A stretch of DNA of 64,000 nucleotides from contig CM052816.1 in assembly GCA_028534125.1 (NCBI GenBank), forward strand, positions 99,946,001-100,010,000. The letters are read 5' to 3'. The number at the start of each line of letters is the position of its first letter. Positions within the stretch are counted from its first letter, which is position 1. A program made the position numbers and the translations under genes. Below the pieces are notes generated by a model, which was not told where the DNA came from, did no database searches, and worked only from the letters and a program-made list of their open reading frames with translations. The stretch is from Lama glama. Lineage: Eukaryota. This document shows, in pieces, positions 62,446-64,000 of the stretch.

Positions 62446-62940
62446 CCGGCAGATCCGGCTCCTGAGCGCGGAGGGTCACGGAGGCGGGCGAGAGGCCGGC
62501 GGGCCCGGCGCCCCAGCCCGGTCCACCCCGCCGGCTGTCGCCACGCGGGAGGGCCAGCGCAGCTTGGCTGGATTCCCTGAGTTTTCAGGACAAGACAGTG
62601 AGCATAATTTTTGTGAGTTTTTTAAAAATTAAGCACCGTGTAGGGCAGAGCAGACGCAACGGTGCTCGCTGTGTGCGCGTGGGCAGCGGCAGGGTGAGCT
62701 CCGCCCGGAGGGCGTGGCAGGGCGGGGCTAGGCGGGGCGGGGCGGGCAGGATGGGGCGGGGCTAGGCGGGGCGGGGCGGGGCGGGATGGGGCGGGGCATG
62801 GCTGGGGGTAGTGGGGCAGGGCGGGGCTGGGCGGGGTGGGGCAGGGCTAGGCTAGGCTGAGCGGGGTAGTGGGCGAGGGGGGCGGGGCTAGGCTGAGCGC
62901 CCTGGGCTCGGCCCGCTTCAGCGCCTGCCGAGCAGAACCA
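62220..62940. promoter_or_regulatory. Small orphan CpG island
   Basis: Dense CpG at 62220-62560 and 62660-62940, including a GC-box array. Confidence 0.55.
62719..62892 (+). repeat. G-rich (GGGGC)n-type low-complexity array
   Basis: ggcggggctaggcggggcggggcggg... repeated over ~170 bp. Confidence 0.9.
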
Positions 62941-64000
62941 AAGTCCCTCACTCAGAAGAATTCTGGCCTCTGCACGGCTGCCTCGGAGGGGCCATGCGTT
63001 TCTGTATTTTTAACTGAAAAGTTTCCGCCTGGTGTTTTCAAACTATTAATCAATGAGGGCTGGTTTCCAAAACCACGATTGACCTAGGGCTCTCACCTGT
63101 GTGACCCTCGGGTTAGGGTCTAAACCACAGAACTAAGTAAAGATTGCTCCTGTCAGCAACAGTACGGACACTTGGGGTTGGATATCAGGGAATGTTACAT
63201 TCAAAAAGGAATTCCAATAGCAATACGTTTCTGTGTATTTTTGTCTGCTTTGAGTTACCACTCCGTAAACAGCTGGTGCATAAGTGAGCACTGAGCGACC
63301 ACACGGGCGTGCGTAGGTACGTGCTTATCACTACTTCTGTGCGTAGTTCACAAGTTTGTCCGTTTCTCTCGTATTTATACATGAGGGAGACAGAGGGACA
63401 GAGCAGGAGAGGGAGCATGCGAGGCCAGACTCTCAAGAAACGCCCAGAGCCCTGCTTGCATCTGGACGTTGGGAGGGACACGTCCGTCTACGCCCCCATC
63501 CCACCGTGACCATGACAGGCCCGCGCGGTGCCAGGCCTGGGCTGGGGACTGCTGATCTATCCGGTGAAACCATCACGTTACAGGAACGTATCAGCGGAGA
63601 GCGTGCGGCCCACCCCTGGGGACCTCTCCAGGCTGGGCCTGCTCCCTCGGCCCCGCCTCACGGGGTGGAGGGGCCTGGACCGCAGAGGGCCTCCGGCAGA
63701 CTTCACCAGTCAGTACTGTCTGCCCACGGGGTGTGAAAGGGAGCGTCTGAGACCTGCTCTGGTTTCTGACGTGAGTGGGTGCAGTGTCACTCACCAAAAC
63801 AGGGACTGTGGGGCAAGGCAGAAACACCTTTTGAGAGAGAGGCGAGGCGAATTCTGCCGGGAGATGTCGGACTCGCCTATCATGGGGGCTTCCGAGTACA
63901 GTTATCCAGTGGGAAGCTGTTCACAAGCTCCTGGCCAGCACAGGAAAGATACGGTCCAGAGGCAGTTAGCTGAGTGTCAGGGGAGGATGAGACGCCTGGG

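Larger units (their letters stand above)
1..64000 (+). other. ZNF536: Long intron(s) / regulatory block of a developmental transcription-factor gene, tentatively the 5' introns of ZNF536
   Basis: No coding exons; CpG island at the left end; many conserved-looking islands; candidate + strand UTR exon at ~52 kb. The gene assignment rests on remembered order and spacing of human ultraconserved elements and a small 5'UTR exon, not on an alignment. Confidence 0.45.

Noticed and set aside
1..64000. tRNA, rRNA, snRNA or prokaryote-type systems
   Set aside because: No such sequence motifs, operon structure or coding density seen on either strand.

Overview
Non-coding, GC-rich mammalian genomic DNA. 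The L1 3' ends look cetartiodactyl, most likely camelid, and no Alu, Bov-tA/BovB, PRE1 or SINEC elements were seen. No protein-coding gene can be supported: the ORF track is chance GC-rich ORFs, except one that translates the C-terminus of a dead LINE-1 ORF2. The window opens in the tail of a CpG island and continues as a long intron-like landscape. It holds decayed mammalian repeats (MLT1/MLT2 LTRs, MIR, L2, MER3, MER20, MER58), a few lineage-specific L1 3' fragments, one ERV solo LTR and a 500-N scaffold gap. It also holds more than 15 sharply bounded, repeat-free, mostly AT-rich islands dense in homeodomain-type motifs that look like conserved enhancers (clearest at ~24.6-25.2 kb, ~42.8-43.4 kb, ~54.1-55.9 kb). 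A candidate + strand 5'UTR exon containing a complete uORF lies at 52002/52033-52101. The order and spacing of these parts resemble my unverified recollection of the 5' introns of ZNF536, which contain ultraconserved elements; this needs an alignment. No new biological system can be demonstrated from sequence alone. The best leads are the enhancer array, apparent GC-biased remodelling of old sequence, a probable L1 3' transduction and a recursive-splice-like site.
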